A stretch of 64,000 bases of DNA, from contig NC_043004.1 of assembly GCF_006345805.1 (NCBI RefSeq), positions 79,484,001 through 79,548,000 on the forward strand. The letters run 5' to 3'. The notes below the pieces were generated by a model. It ran no database searches. It saw only the letters and a program-made list of their open reading frames with translations, and was not told where the DNA came from. Source of the stretch: Octopus sinensis (taxonomy: Eukaryota). The position numbers were made by a program, and so were the translations under genes. Positions 35,001-48,049 of this stretch are shown one piece after another (within the stretch, counting starts at the first letter, position 1; every line of letters begins with the position of its first letter).

Positions 35001-38000
35001 CCTCCCTTTGTAAGGGACAGCAACAACAACATTGATGATGATGATGATGCCCCTCTTGTTTTTAACCCTCCCTTTGTAAGGGACAGCAACAACAACATTG
35101 ATGATGATGATGATGCCCCTCTTGTTTTTACCCTCCCTTTGTAAGGGACAGCAACAACAACATTGATGATGATGATGATGCCCCTCTTGTTTTACCCTCC
35201 CTTTGTAAGGGACAGGAACAACAACATTGATGATGATGATGATGCCCCTCTTGTTTTTACCCTCCCTTTGTAAGGGACAGCAACAACAACATTGATGATG
35301 ATGATGATGCCCCTCTTGTTTTTACCCTCCCTTTGTAAGGGACAGCAACAACAACATTGATGATGATGATGATGCCCCTCTTGTTTTTACCCTCCCTTTG
35401 TAAGGGACAGCAACAACAACATTGATGATGATGATGATGCCCCTCTTGTTTTTACCCTCCCTTTGTAAGGGACAGCAACAACAACATTGATGATGATGAT
35501 GCCCCTCTTGTTTTTACCCTCCCTTGTAAGGGACAGCAACAACAACATTGATGATGATGATGATGCCCCTCTTGTTTTTACCCTCCCTTTGTAAGGGACA
35601 GCACACACAACATTGATGATGATGATGATGCCCCTCTTGTTTTTACCCTCCCTTTGTAAGGGACAGGAACAACAACATTGATGATGATGATGATGCCCCT
35701 CTTTTTTTACCCTCCCTTTGTAAGGGACAGCAACAACAACATTGATGATGATGATGATGCCCCTCTTGTTTTTACCCTCCCTTTGTAAGGGACAGCAACA
35801 ACACATTGATGATGATGATGATGCCCCTCTTGTTTTTACCCTCCCTTTGTAAGGGACAGGAACACAACATTGATGATGATGATGATGCCCCTCTTGTTTT
35901 TACCCTCCCTTTGTAAGGGACAGCAACAACAACATTGATGATGATGATGATGCCCCTCTTGTTTTACCCTCCTTTGTAAGGGACAGCAACAACAACATTG
36001 ATGATGATGATGATGCCCCTCTTGTTTTTACCCTCCCTTTGTAAGGGACAGCAACAACAACATTGATGATGATGATGATGCCCCTCTTGTTTTTACCCTC
36101 CCTTTGTAAGGGACAGCAACAACAACATTGATGATGATGATGATGCCCCTCTTGTTTTTACCTCCCTTTGTAAGGGACAGGAACAACAACATTGATGATG
36201 ATGATGCCCCTCTTGTTTTTACCCTCCCTTTGTAAGGGACAGCAACAACAACATTGATGATGATGATGATGCCGCTCTTGTTTTTACCCTCCCTTTGTAA
36301 GGGACAGGAACAACAACATTGATGATGATGATGATGCCCCTCTTGTTTTTACTACCCTCCCTTTGTAAGGGACAGGAACAACAACATTGATGATGATGAT
36401 GATGCCCCTCTTGTTTTTACCCTCCCTTTGTAAGGGACAGCAACAACAACATTGATGATGATGATGATGCCCCTCTGTTTTTACCCTCCCTTTGTAAGGG
36501 ACAGCAACAACAACATTGATGATGATGATGATGCCCCTCTTGTTTTTACCCTCCCTTGTAAGGGACAGCAACAACAACATTGATGATGATGATGATGCCC
36601 TCTTGTTTTTTACCCTCCCTTTGTAAGGGACAGCAACAACAACATTGATGATGATGATGATGCCCCTCTTGTTTTTACCCTCCCTTTGTAAGGGACAGCA
36701 ACAACAACATTGATGATGATGATGATGCCCCTCTTGTTTTTACCCTCCCTTTGTAAGGGACAGGAACAACAACATTGATGATGATGATGATGCCCCTCTT
36801 GTTTTTACCCTCCCTTTGTAAGGGACAGCAACACAACATTGATGATGATGATGATGCCGCTCTTGTTGTTTTACCCTCCCTTTGTAAGGGACAGGAACAA
36901 CAACATTGATGATGATGATGATGCCCCTCTTGTTTTTACCCTCCCTTTGTAAGGGACAGGAACAACAACATTGATGATGATGATGATGGCCCCTCTTGTT
37001 TTTACCCTCCCTTTGTAAGGGACAGCAACAACAACATTGATGATGATGATGATGCCCCTCTTGTTTTTACCCTCCCTTTGTAAGGGACAGCAACAACAAC
37101 ATTGATGATGATGATGATGCCCCTCTTGTTTTACCCTCCCTTTGTAAGGGACAGCAACAACAACATTGATGATGATGATGATGCCCCTCTTGTTTTTACC
37201 CTCCCTTTGTAAGGGACAGCAACAACAACATTGATGATGATGATGATGCCCCTCTTGTTTTTACCCTCCCTTTGTAAGGGACAGGAACAACAACATTGAT
37301 GATGATGATGATGCCCCTCTTGTTTTTACCCTCCCTTTGTAAGGGACAGCAACAACAACATTGATGATGATGATGATGCCCCTCTTGTTTTTACCCTCCC
37401 TTTGTAAGGGACAGCAACAACAACATTGATGATGATGATGATGCCCCTCTTGTTTTTACCCTCCCTTTGTAAGGGACAGGAACAACAACAACATTGATGA
37501 TGATGATGATGCCCCTCTTGTTTTTACCCTCCCTTTGTAAGGGACAGCAACAACAACATTGATGATGATGATGATGCCCTCTTGTTTTTTACCCTCCCTT
37601 TGTAAGGGACAGCAACAACAACATTGATGATGATGATGATGCCCCTCTTGTTTTTACCCTCCCTTTGTAAGGGACAGCAACAACACATTGATGATGATGA
37701 TGATGCCCCTCTTGTTTTTACCCTCCCTTTGTAAGGGACAGGAACAACAACATTGATGATGATGATGATGCCCCTCTTGTTTTTACCCTCCCTTTGTAAG
37801 GGACAGCAACAACAACATTGATGATGATGATGATGCCGCTCTTGTTTTTACCCTCCCTTTGTAAGGGACAGGAACAACAACATTGATGATGATGATGATG
37901 CCCCTCTTGTTTTTACCCTCCCTTTGTAAGGGACAGGAACAACAACATTGATGATGATGATGATGCCCCTCTTGTTTTTACCCTCCCTTTGTAAGGGACA

Positions 38001-41000
38001 GCAACAACAACATTGATGATGATGATGATGCCCCTCTTTTTTTACCCTCCCTTTGTAAGGGACAGCAACAACAACATTGATGATGATGATGATGCCCCTC
38101 TTGTTTTTACCCTCCTTTGTAAGGGACAGCAACAACAACATTGATGATGATGATGCCCCTCTTGTTTTTACCCTCCCTTTGTAAGGGACAGCAACAACAA
38201 CATTGATGATGATGATGATGCCCCTCTTGTTTTTACCCTCCCTTTGTAAGGGACACAGCAACAACAACATTGATGATGATGATGATGCCCTCTTGTTTTT
38301 ACCCTCCCTTTGTAAGGGACAGGAACAACAACATTGATGATGATGATGATGCCCCTCTTGTTTTTACCCTCCCTTTGTAAGGGACAGCAACAACAACATT
38401 GATGATGATGATGATGCCGCTCTTGTTTTTTACCCTCCCTTTGTAAGGGACAGGAACAACAACATTGATGATGATGAATGCCCCTCTTGTTTTTTACCCT
38501 CCCTTTGTAAGGGACAGGAACAACAACATTGATGATGATGATGATGCCCCTCTTGTTTTTACCCTCCCTTTGTAAGGGACAGCAACAACAACATTGATGA
38601 TGATGATGACCCCTCTTGTTTTTACCCTCCCTTTGTAAGGGACAGCAACAACAACATTGATGATGATGATGATGCCCTCTTGTTTTTACCCTCCCTTTGT
38701 AAGGGACAGCAACAACAACATTGATGATGATGATGATGCCCCTCTTGTTTTTACCCTCCCTTTGTAAGGGACAGCAACAACAACATTGATGATGATGATG
38801 ATGCCCCTCTTGTTTTTACCCTCCCTTTGTAAGGGACAGGAACAACAACATTGATGATGATGATGATGCCCCTCTTGTTTTTACCCTCCCTTTGTAAGGG
38901 ACAGCAACAACAACATTGATGATGATGATGATGCCCCTCTTGTTTTTACCCTCCCTTGTAAGGGACAGCAACAACAACATTGATGATGATGATGATGCCC
39001 CTCTTGTTTTTACCCTCCCTTTGTAAGGGACAGGAACAACAACATTGATGATGATGATGATGCCCCTCTTGTTTTTACCCTCCTTTGTAAGGGACAGCAA
39101 CAACAACATTGATGATGATGATGATGCCCCTCTTGTTTTTACCCTCCCTTTGTAAGGGACAGCAACAACAACATTGATGATGATGATGATGCCCCTCTTG
39201 TTTTTACCCTCCCTTTGTAAGGGACAGGAACAACAACATTGATGATGATGATGATGCCCCTCTTGTTTTTACCCTCCCTTTGTAAGGGACAGCAACAACA
39301 ACATTGATGATGATGATGATGCCCCTCTTGTTTTTACCCTCCCTTTGTAAGGGACAGGAACAACACATTGATGATGATGATGATGCCCCTTTGTTTTTAC
39401 CCTCCCTTTGTAAGGGACAGGAACAACAACATTGATGATGATGATGATGCCCCTCTTGTTTTACCCTCCCTTTGTAAGGGACAGGAACAACAACATTGAT
39501 GATGATGATGATCCCCTCTTGTTTTTACCCTCCCTTTGTAAGGGACAGGAACAACAACATTGATGATGATGATGATGCCCCTCTTGTTTTTACCCTCCTT
39601 TGTAAGGGACAGGAACAACAACATTGATGATGATGATGATGCCCCTCTTGTTTTTACCCTCCCTTTGTAAGGGACAGGAACAACAACATTGATGATGATG
39701 ATGATGCCCCTCTTGTTTTTACCCTCCCTTTGTAAGGGACAGCAACAACAACATTGATGATGATGATGATGCCCCCTTGTTTTTACCCTCCCTTTGTAAG
39801 GGACAGCAACAACAACATTGATGATGATGATGATGCCCCTCTTGTTTTTACCCTCCCTTTGTAAGGGACAGGAACAACAACATTGATGATGATGATGATG
39901 CCCCTCTTGTTTTTACCCTCCCTTTGTAAGGGACAGGAACAACAACATTGATGATGATGATGATGCCCCTCTTGTTTTTTACCCTCCCTTTGTAAGGGAC
40001 AGCAACAACAACATTGATGATGATGATGATGCCCCTCTTGTTTTTTACCCCCCTTTGTAAGGGACAGGAACAACAACATTGATGATGATGATGATGCCCC
40101 TCTTGTTTTTACCCTCCCTTTGTAAGGGACAGCAACAACAACATTGATGATGATGATGATGCCCCTCTTGTTTTTACCCTCCCTTTGTAAGGGACAGGAA
40201 CAACAACATTGATGATGATGATGATGCCCCTCTGTTTTTACCCTCCCTTTGTAAGGGACAGCAACAACAACATTGATGATGATGATGATGCCCCTCTTGT
40301 TTTTACCCTCCCTTTGTAAGGGACAGGAACACAACATTGATGATGATGATGATGCCCCTCTTGTTTTTACCCTCCCTTTGTAAGGGACAGCAACAACAAC
40401 ATTGATGATGATGATGATGCCCCTCTTGTTTTTACCCTCCCTTTGTAAGGGACAGGAACAACAACATTGATGATGATGATGATGCCCCTCTTGTTTTTAC
40501 CCTCCCTTTGTAAGGGACAGCAACAACAACATTGATGATGATGATGATGCCCCTCTTGTTTTACCCTCCCTTTGTAAGGGACAGGAACAACAACATTGAT
40601 GATGATGATGATGCCCCTCTTGTTTTTACCCTCCCTTTGTAAGGGACAGGAACAACAACATTGATGATGATGATGATGCCCCTCTTGTTTTTACCCTCCC
40701 TTTGTAGGGACAGCAACAACAACATTGATGATGATGATGATGCCCCTCTTGTTTTTACCCTCCCTTTGTAAGGGACAGCAACAACAACTGATGATGATGA
40801 TGATATGCCCTCTTGTTTTTACCCTCCCTTTGTAAGGACAGCAACAACAACATTGATGATGATGATGATGCCCCTCTTGTTTTTACCCTCCCTTTGTAAG
40901 GGACAGGAACAACAACATTGATGATGATGATGATGCCCCTCTTGTTTTTACCCTCCCTTTGTAAGGGACAGCAACAACAACATTGATGATGATGATGATG

Positions 41001-44000
41001 CCCCTCTTGTTTTTTACCCTCCCTTTGTAAGGGACAGGAACAACAACATTGATGATGATGATGATGCCCCTCTTGTTTTTACCCTCCCTTTGTAAGGGAC
41101 AGCAACAACAACATTGATGATGATGATGATGCCCCTCTTGTTTTTACCCTCCTTTCTAAGGGACAGCAACAACAACATTGATGATGATGATGATGCCCCT
41201 CTTGTTTTTACCCTCCCTTTGTAAGGGACAGGAACAACAACATTGATGATGATGATGATGCCCCTCTTGTTTTTACCCTCCCTTTGTAAGGGACAGCAAC
41301 AACAACATTGATGATGATGATGATGCCCCTCTTGTTTTTAACCCTCCCTTTGTAAGGGACAGGAACAACAACATTGATGATGATGATGATGCCGCTCTTG
41401 TTTTACCCTCCCTTGTAAGGGACAGCAACAACAACATTGATGATGATGATGATGCCCCTCTTGTTTTTACCCTCCCTTTGTAAGGGACAGCAACAACAAC
41501 AACATTGATGATGATGATGATGCCCCTCTTGTTTTTACCCTCCCTTTGTAGGGACAGCAACAACAACATTGATGATGATGATGATGCCCCTCTTGTTTTT
41601 ACCCTCCCTTTGTAAGGGACAGGAACAACAACATTGATGATGATGATGATGCCCCTCTTGTTTTTACCCTCCCTTTCTAAGGGACAGCAACAACAACATT
41701 GATGATGATGATGATGCCCCTCTTGTTTTTACCCTCCCTTTGTAAGGGACAGCAACAACAACATTGATGATGATGATGATGCCCCTCTTGTTTTTACCCT
41801 CCCTTTGTAAGGGACAGCAACAACAACATTGATGATGATGATGATGCCCTCTTGTTTTTACCCTCCCTTTGTAAGGGACAGGAACAACAACATTGATGAT
41901 GATGATGATGCCCCTCTTGTTTTTAACCCTCCCTTTGTAAGGGACAGCAACAACAACATTGATGATGATGATGATGCCCCTCTTGTTTTTACCCTCCCTT
42001 TGTAAGGGACAGGAACAACAACATTGATGATGATGATGATGCCCCTCTTGTTTTTACCCTCCCTTTGTAAGGGACAGGAACAACAACATTGATGATGATG
42101 ATGATGCCCCTCTTGTTTTTTACCCTCCCTTTGTAAGGGACAGCAACAACAACATTGATGATGATGATGATGCCCCTCTTGTTTTACCCTCCCTTTGTAA
42201 GGGACAGCAACAACAACATTGATGATGATGATGATGCCCCTCTTGTTTTTACCCTCCCTTTGTAAGGGACAGGAACAACAACATTGATGATGATGATGAT
42301 GCCCCTCTTGTTTTTACCCTCCTTTGTAAGGGACAGCAACAACAACATTGATGATGATGATGATGCCCCTCTTGTTTTTACCCTCCCTTTGTAAGGGACA
42401 GGAACAACAACATTGATGATGATGATGATGCCCCTCTTGTTTTTACCCTCCCTTTGTAAGGGACAGCAACAACAACATTGATGATGATGATGATGCCCCT
42501 CTTGTTTTTACCCTCCCTTTGTAAGGGACAGCAACAACAATTGATGATGATGATGATGCCCCTCTTGTTTTTACCCTCCTTTGTAAGGGACAGGAACAAC
42601 AACAACATTGATGATGATGATGATGCCCCTCTTGTTTTTACCCTCCCTTTGTAAGGGACAGGAACAACAACATTGATGATGATGATGATGCCCCTCTTGT
42701 TTTTACCCTCCCTTTGTAAGGGACAGGAACAACAACATTGATGATGATGATGATGCCCCTCTTGTTTTTACCCTCCCTTTGTAAGGGACAACAACAACAA
42801 CAACAACACCGCTCTCAAGTTGTGACTTTTGTGGAATGTGAATGTTTACAGACACACTGACACACACGCACACATATCAACACCGTTTAACATTTGGCTT
42901 TCATGCTAGAATTAGTTGGACAAAATAACAGATTCCCATGCTGGGAATTGGACCGGGGTTTGCTGGATGAAATCCAGGAATTCTAACCACCAGACCTGCA
43001 CACAATGGGCTTATTTTCAGTTTCTGTCTACCAAATTCCCCCACAAGGCTTCATAGGCCTGGGGCTATGGTAGAAGACATATGCCCGTGGCGCCTGAAAC
43101 CACCTGGTTGCAAAGAGAATGTCTTACCCATCCAGCCATGCCTGTATTTATCATGTACATCATATTTGCCTGAAGACTCAGAAATATTCAGCATTGCAAT
43201 CTTTTGCATTTCTTAACAAAATCTTGTAAAAATGCTCTTGGTTTAGTTTGTCATTGAGTTACCCCAAGATTATACTAAGCTTTAACCTTTTTTAGCATTC
43301 AGATTATTTTGTCAAATGTATTGCTTATCTATTCACATTCGTCATCATCATTATCATCATCATCATTTAACATCCGTTGTCCATGCTGGCATGGGTTGGA
43401 CAGTTTATCTGGGCTGGCATGCTGGAAGGCTGCACTAGACTCCAGTCTGATTTTACATGGTTTTCTATCGCTGGATGCCCTTCCTAATGCCAACCATTCT
43501 GAGAGTGTAATGGGTACTTTTACATGCCACCGGTACAGGTGCCAGTTGCATGACACCAGGGCGTGATTATGAGCCACCAGCACAGGTGCCAATTTGTGTG
43601 ACACTGGTATCTGCCACCAATGCGATTTTGCTCAGCTTGATGGGTTTTCTTAAGCATGATATAATGCCAAAGGTCTTGGTCATTGCCCCTGTGAAGCCCA
43701 ACACTTGATAGGAACTCAGCCACCTTGCCTCCGTGAGGCCCAATACTCGAAAGGAACTCAACCACTTTGCCTTCATGAGGCCCAATGTTTGAAAGGAACT
43801 CAGTCACTTTGCTTCCTTGAGGTCCAATGTTTAAAAGGAACTCGGGCACCTTGCCTCTGTGAGGCCCAATGCTAATCATACATTATCTCATAGCTTTGAG
43901 ATTTCTACAATGTGATGGTTTATTTTTAGAATGACAATGTAGAGGAAGTGTGAGAGGCTGGATGTGACCAATTTCAATAAAAGAACAGAATATTTTCACC

Positions 44001-47000
44001 AGTTATGGTTGGTTTAATTGCTAAAGAATTAATATTGCCCTTCATCAATTTTGCATATCTTGGTACTAGATTTCATTTAATGAATGGTTGTTATGACTAA
44101 TTGACCCTATAATTTCTAAACAGTGTCTTATTTTTTTTTTCTTTCCAGGCAACAAACAGTACAATTAATGGGTAAATTGTTAAAAGCCAGGATATTTGAG
44201 GATGTACAAGGAAGCAAAAAGAAGCGAGAGTTTGCTGAAGGTGGTCGTGTCTATCGGTATATTGTGTGATTTATCTTATTTTTACAAAACCCAGCTTCTC
44301 TAGTTCATATCTCTTATTATTTCATTTCTTTTTTTTTATTTTTTGCATCTACAAGGCGATGCTGAAAAATTCCTGGCTTTGGGTAAAAGAGAATACAGGA
44401 GGATCAGTTAATTATGATTTTATTCAACATATTTCCCGCTCAGATTCACACATATATAGCAGTGGTCCTTCAATTTTTCTAATCCCTGTAAAAGAACTCG
44501 GAAGGTTGGGCCTCCAACCAGGCCTTTCACGATACCTTCAAAACCAGGAACTTTGAGTACCTCTTCATAACTTTACTTTATTGTGCATATTTTTAGCCTC
44601 TGTCAGTAACTGCTGACGAAGGCCCTGCACACATGTATGCGTAGGACAAGTCTCTCTTCTGGACAGTTTTGATGTTTATCCAAGGACAAAGCTGTCAATT
44701 TGGGCCAATACAGCTTAGTTAGTCATCTTTCCTAAGTCTGTGACAGTTCCATGAATCCTTCAGTCAGGATTGGTACTTTTTTTATTGGTCCCAAAAGGAT
44801 GACAGGGAAGCTCATTACATGCAATCAAGACAAGGAGATACAAAAACACATACATACACACACACACACAAGGAGCTTCTTTCAGTTTCCATCTGCCAAA
44901 TCCACTCAGAAGGCTTTGGTTAGCCTTATAAAAGATATTTTCCCAATGTGTCACACAGTGGAACTGAACCTGAAACCAAGTGACTAGAAAGTGAACATCT
45001 TAACCACCATTCTATATCCTGTGAAATGTATTGAAGTCTTATTTGAATTATAATTTCTATATCTTCTAGGTTCAACCAAAGTTCTCCAGCAAAAGATTCC
45101 CGTGTGCCTCTTAGTGCACGAATGGATTTAATGAATGCTGCACCAGGACAGAAGACCGTTATATCAAAAAGTGAAAAATCAAAAACTACCTCCAAATTCA
45201 AATCTCTTGCAATACCCAAATGTCATCTTGTTGCCAAACCTTTGTCTTTGGAATCAATGGAAGCTGTTTGGAGAATGGTCACATTACACCGGTTTGTGAA
45301 TTTGTTTAATCTATGAATTATTTATCCTATTTCTTGGCGTTGAGGTCATTCTAGTCTTGAAGACATAATTTAATTTTGTTTGGAAAACTTCACAAAAGAT
45401 ACAAACATTTAAAAAAAAGTCTGAACACTTCACCTTCTTTTCCAAGAAGTTTCATTTTGTGATTGACTTGCTCATATATAGATCCTATTGATCACCTATC
45501 AGCATTTTTATTTTTGTACATTTACTGAATAGCAGCATGATAAGTTTAGCACAGGTGACCCACTTTTGGAATTAAAATTAATGGTATATTAATGAATATG
45601 ATGGCATATAAGATGTACTTTTCTCCAAAAATCACCCTGGGCAATAAGTGCAAATTTGGGTTTATATTACATGCTATCATGTACTATAACATTTTTTTTT
45701 TCTGAATAAGTGCTGCTGAAACTGGGGTGTGACTGATACAACCATTTATCTTTTATGCCATCAAATACAGTAATTCATTGACTAAGATGCTTGGTAAATT
45801 TTCAATATCTATTTTAGCCAAAAAAAAAAAGAAAGAAAAAGGTACCTAGATAAATACAAAATTAATATGTAAGATAACATTCTCAATACCAAGAAATACA
45901 GATAATCTTTTGAGGAAAATGAGTTTTAATTTGAATAATTCTTTATCATTAGTTTTGATGAGTTTTTCTCTTCTTTTTTTTTCCAAAGATGATATTTGAA
46001 ATAGAAATTTCTTTTTAATTATTTTAATATTGCAAATTTGATTTCAACCATTACATCAGGGAAAAGCCATCTGTGACATGCAGTGCAGTTGCAGTGGGAT
46101 TGTACCAGTGACTGGGTCATAGATGCATTTGGTTGCAAAGCAAATTTCCTTATTGCTTGGTCATGCCTGTATCTATGTGTGCGTCTGTCTGTCTGCCTGT
46201 CTAACTACATTTATCTGTGTGTGTGTGTGTGGTATATGCTAACAGGCGGCGATCTGGCAGAAACGTTAGCACACCGGGCGAAATGCGTAGCCGTATTTCG
46301 TCTGCCATTAAGTTCTGAGTTCAAATTCAGCTGAGGTCGACTTTGCCTTTCATCCTTTCGGGGTTGAAAATTAAGTACCAGTTACGCACTGGAGTCGATA
46401 TAATCGACTCAATCCCCTTTGTCTGTCCTTGTTTGTCCTCCCTGTGTTTAGCCCCTTGTGGGTAGTAAAGAAATAGGTATTTGCTTACAGGCACATGCAT
46501 GACTCTGATAAGAAGCTTGTTTCCCAACCACATGGTTTCAGGTTCAGTCTCACTGTGTGGCACCTTCGGCAAGTGTCTTCTACTAAAGCCAAAGCCTTGC
46601 GAGTGGATTTGGTAAATGGAAACTGCATGTGTGTCTCGGTGAATGAGCTTCTTCAAGTTTTTGTTTACCAAATTTCTTTCACAAGGCCCTGGACATTGGT
46701 CACCCCATGCTTATAGTAGAAGTCACCAACCAACAGTGTCCATGCATTCTTGACCACACGGTACCAAAATCCCACAGCCACAATTGTATCTATTATGTTT
46801 TTAATGGCCCTGATGAGTTGAGGAATAAATCATCAAATTAAGCCCCTTGTTAAGAAAATGCACCTCAAAAATTAATTTTACTTTTCATCTTAAGATATGA
46901 TCTGTCTTGTTATATATCAATTTAAATTTTGGTTTCAGGTTGCAAAAGACAATTGGTTACAACACTTTGGAAGAATTCTTGGATGCTTCATTGGTAAATG

Positions 47001-47734
47001 GTCGGCATATAATGCACAATTGTCTCTATGTAAATAAAAGTGGGGTGGTTGGTAATGTAAATACTAAAGGTTAGTTACACTGTTTTCTTTTCTTTTTTCT
47101 TTTCTTTTTTGTTTTGATCATACTTTCCTTAAAATGTATCTATGAAGCTATCTCTGAAGATTTCTGTAAAAGACATTCTGACATAGTTATGTATAAGATC
47201 TCACGTATGTAATATGGACAGTTGAAAATACTATGATCTTTGCTATTAGTAGGTAAACACTTCCTCTAGAAAATTTTTAAATATTGAGGTACCCCCCCCC
47301 CCCTCGCAAACAAGGGAGATAATTAGCAAATGAGTAGTTGGCTACCCTCCATCATAAAGATTGGAATAGAATAAACTTCGTGTTTTACATTATTTTGTTT
47401 GTCTCCTTTTTGAAAAATACATTTGGATTGTGATTTAGTCTGAAACTAAGAGCATTTTTTTTGTTTTCATTTCCATCAAAATCTAAGGAAGACATCTCAT
47501 CATCATTGCTTTAACGTCCACTTTTCCATGCTTGCATGGGGGCAGACTGATTTGGTTGATGCCTGCCTTGTTGCCAATCTGCACCTCTTTCTGAATTAAG
47601 TGGACCTGTTTCCATGGGAAACTAGAAACGATGATCACTGAATGATGCTGATGCACCATTTTTTACAACTACCATGTGATGGCAAGTCAACAAGAGATGC
47701 TCTCTCTCACACACACACGTATACAAATACATAC

Positions 47735-47779
<45 letters not shown>

Positions 47780-48011
47780 TAATAATAAATATTAGGGAAT
47801 AAATCCAAACTTACAGGGAAAAATCAGATTTAGGATTGAATCCAATTTTATAGTAAAATATTATATTAAATTAGAGACAAAACCACATATAATTAATATT
47901 AATTATATTTTTTTAATAATTTTGTTATATATTTAAATAATATAAATTAATCATATGTATTGGCTTAAGTTTTTCATTGTTTGATTTGCCTAATAGTGGT
48001 TTTGTCTCTAA

Positions 48012-48049
<38 letters not shown>

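Noticed and set aside
30659-42608. Many minus-strand ORFs (HHHHHQCCC / IIIIINVVV / SSSSSMLLL)
   Set aside because: They are translations of the 65-bp unit cycling through three frames. An intact array hits TAA every third unit, and longer ORFs exist only where indels skip the stop.
29331-42808. CRISPR-like array
   Set aside because: Units are contiguous and near-identical with no unique spacers, no cas genes are present, and the context is a eukaryotic intron.
29331-42808. Single-base indels among array units as biological variation
   Set aside because: Most are isolated homopolymer or triplet length changes typical of long-read consensus error. Only recurrent substitutions were used for inference.
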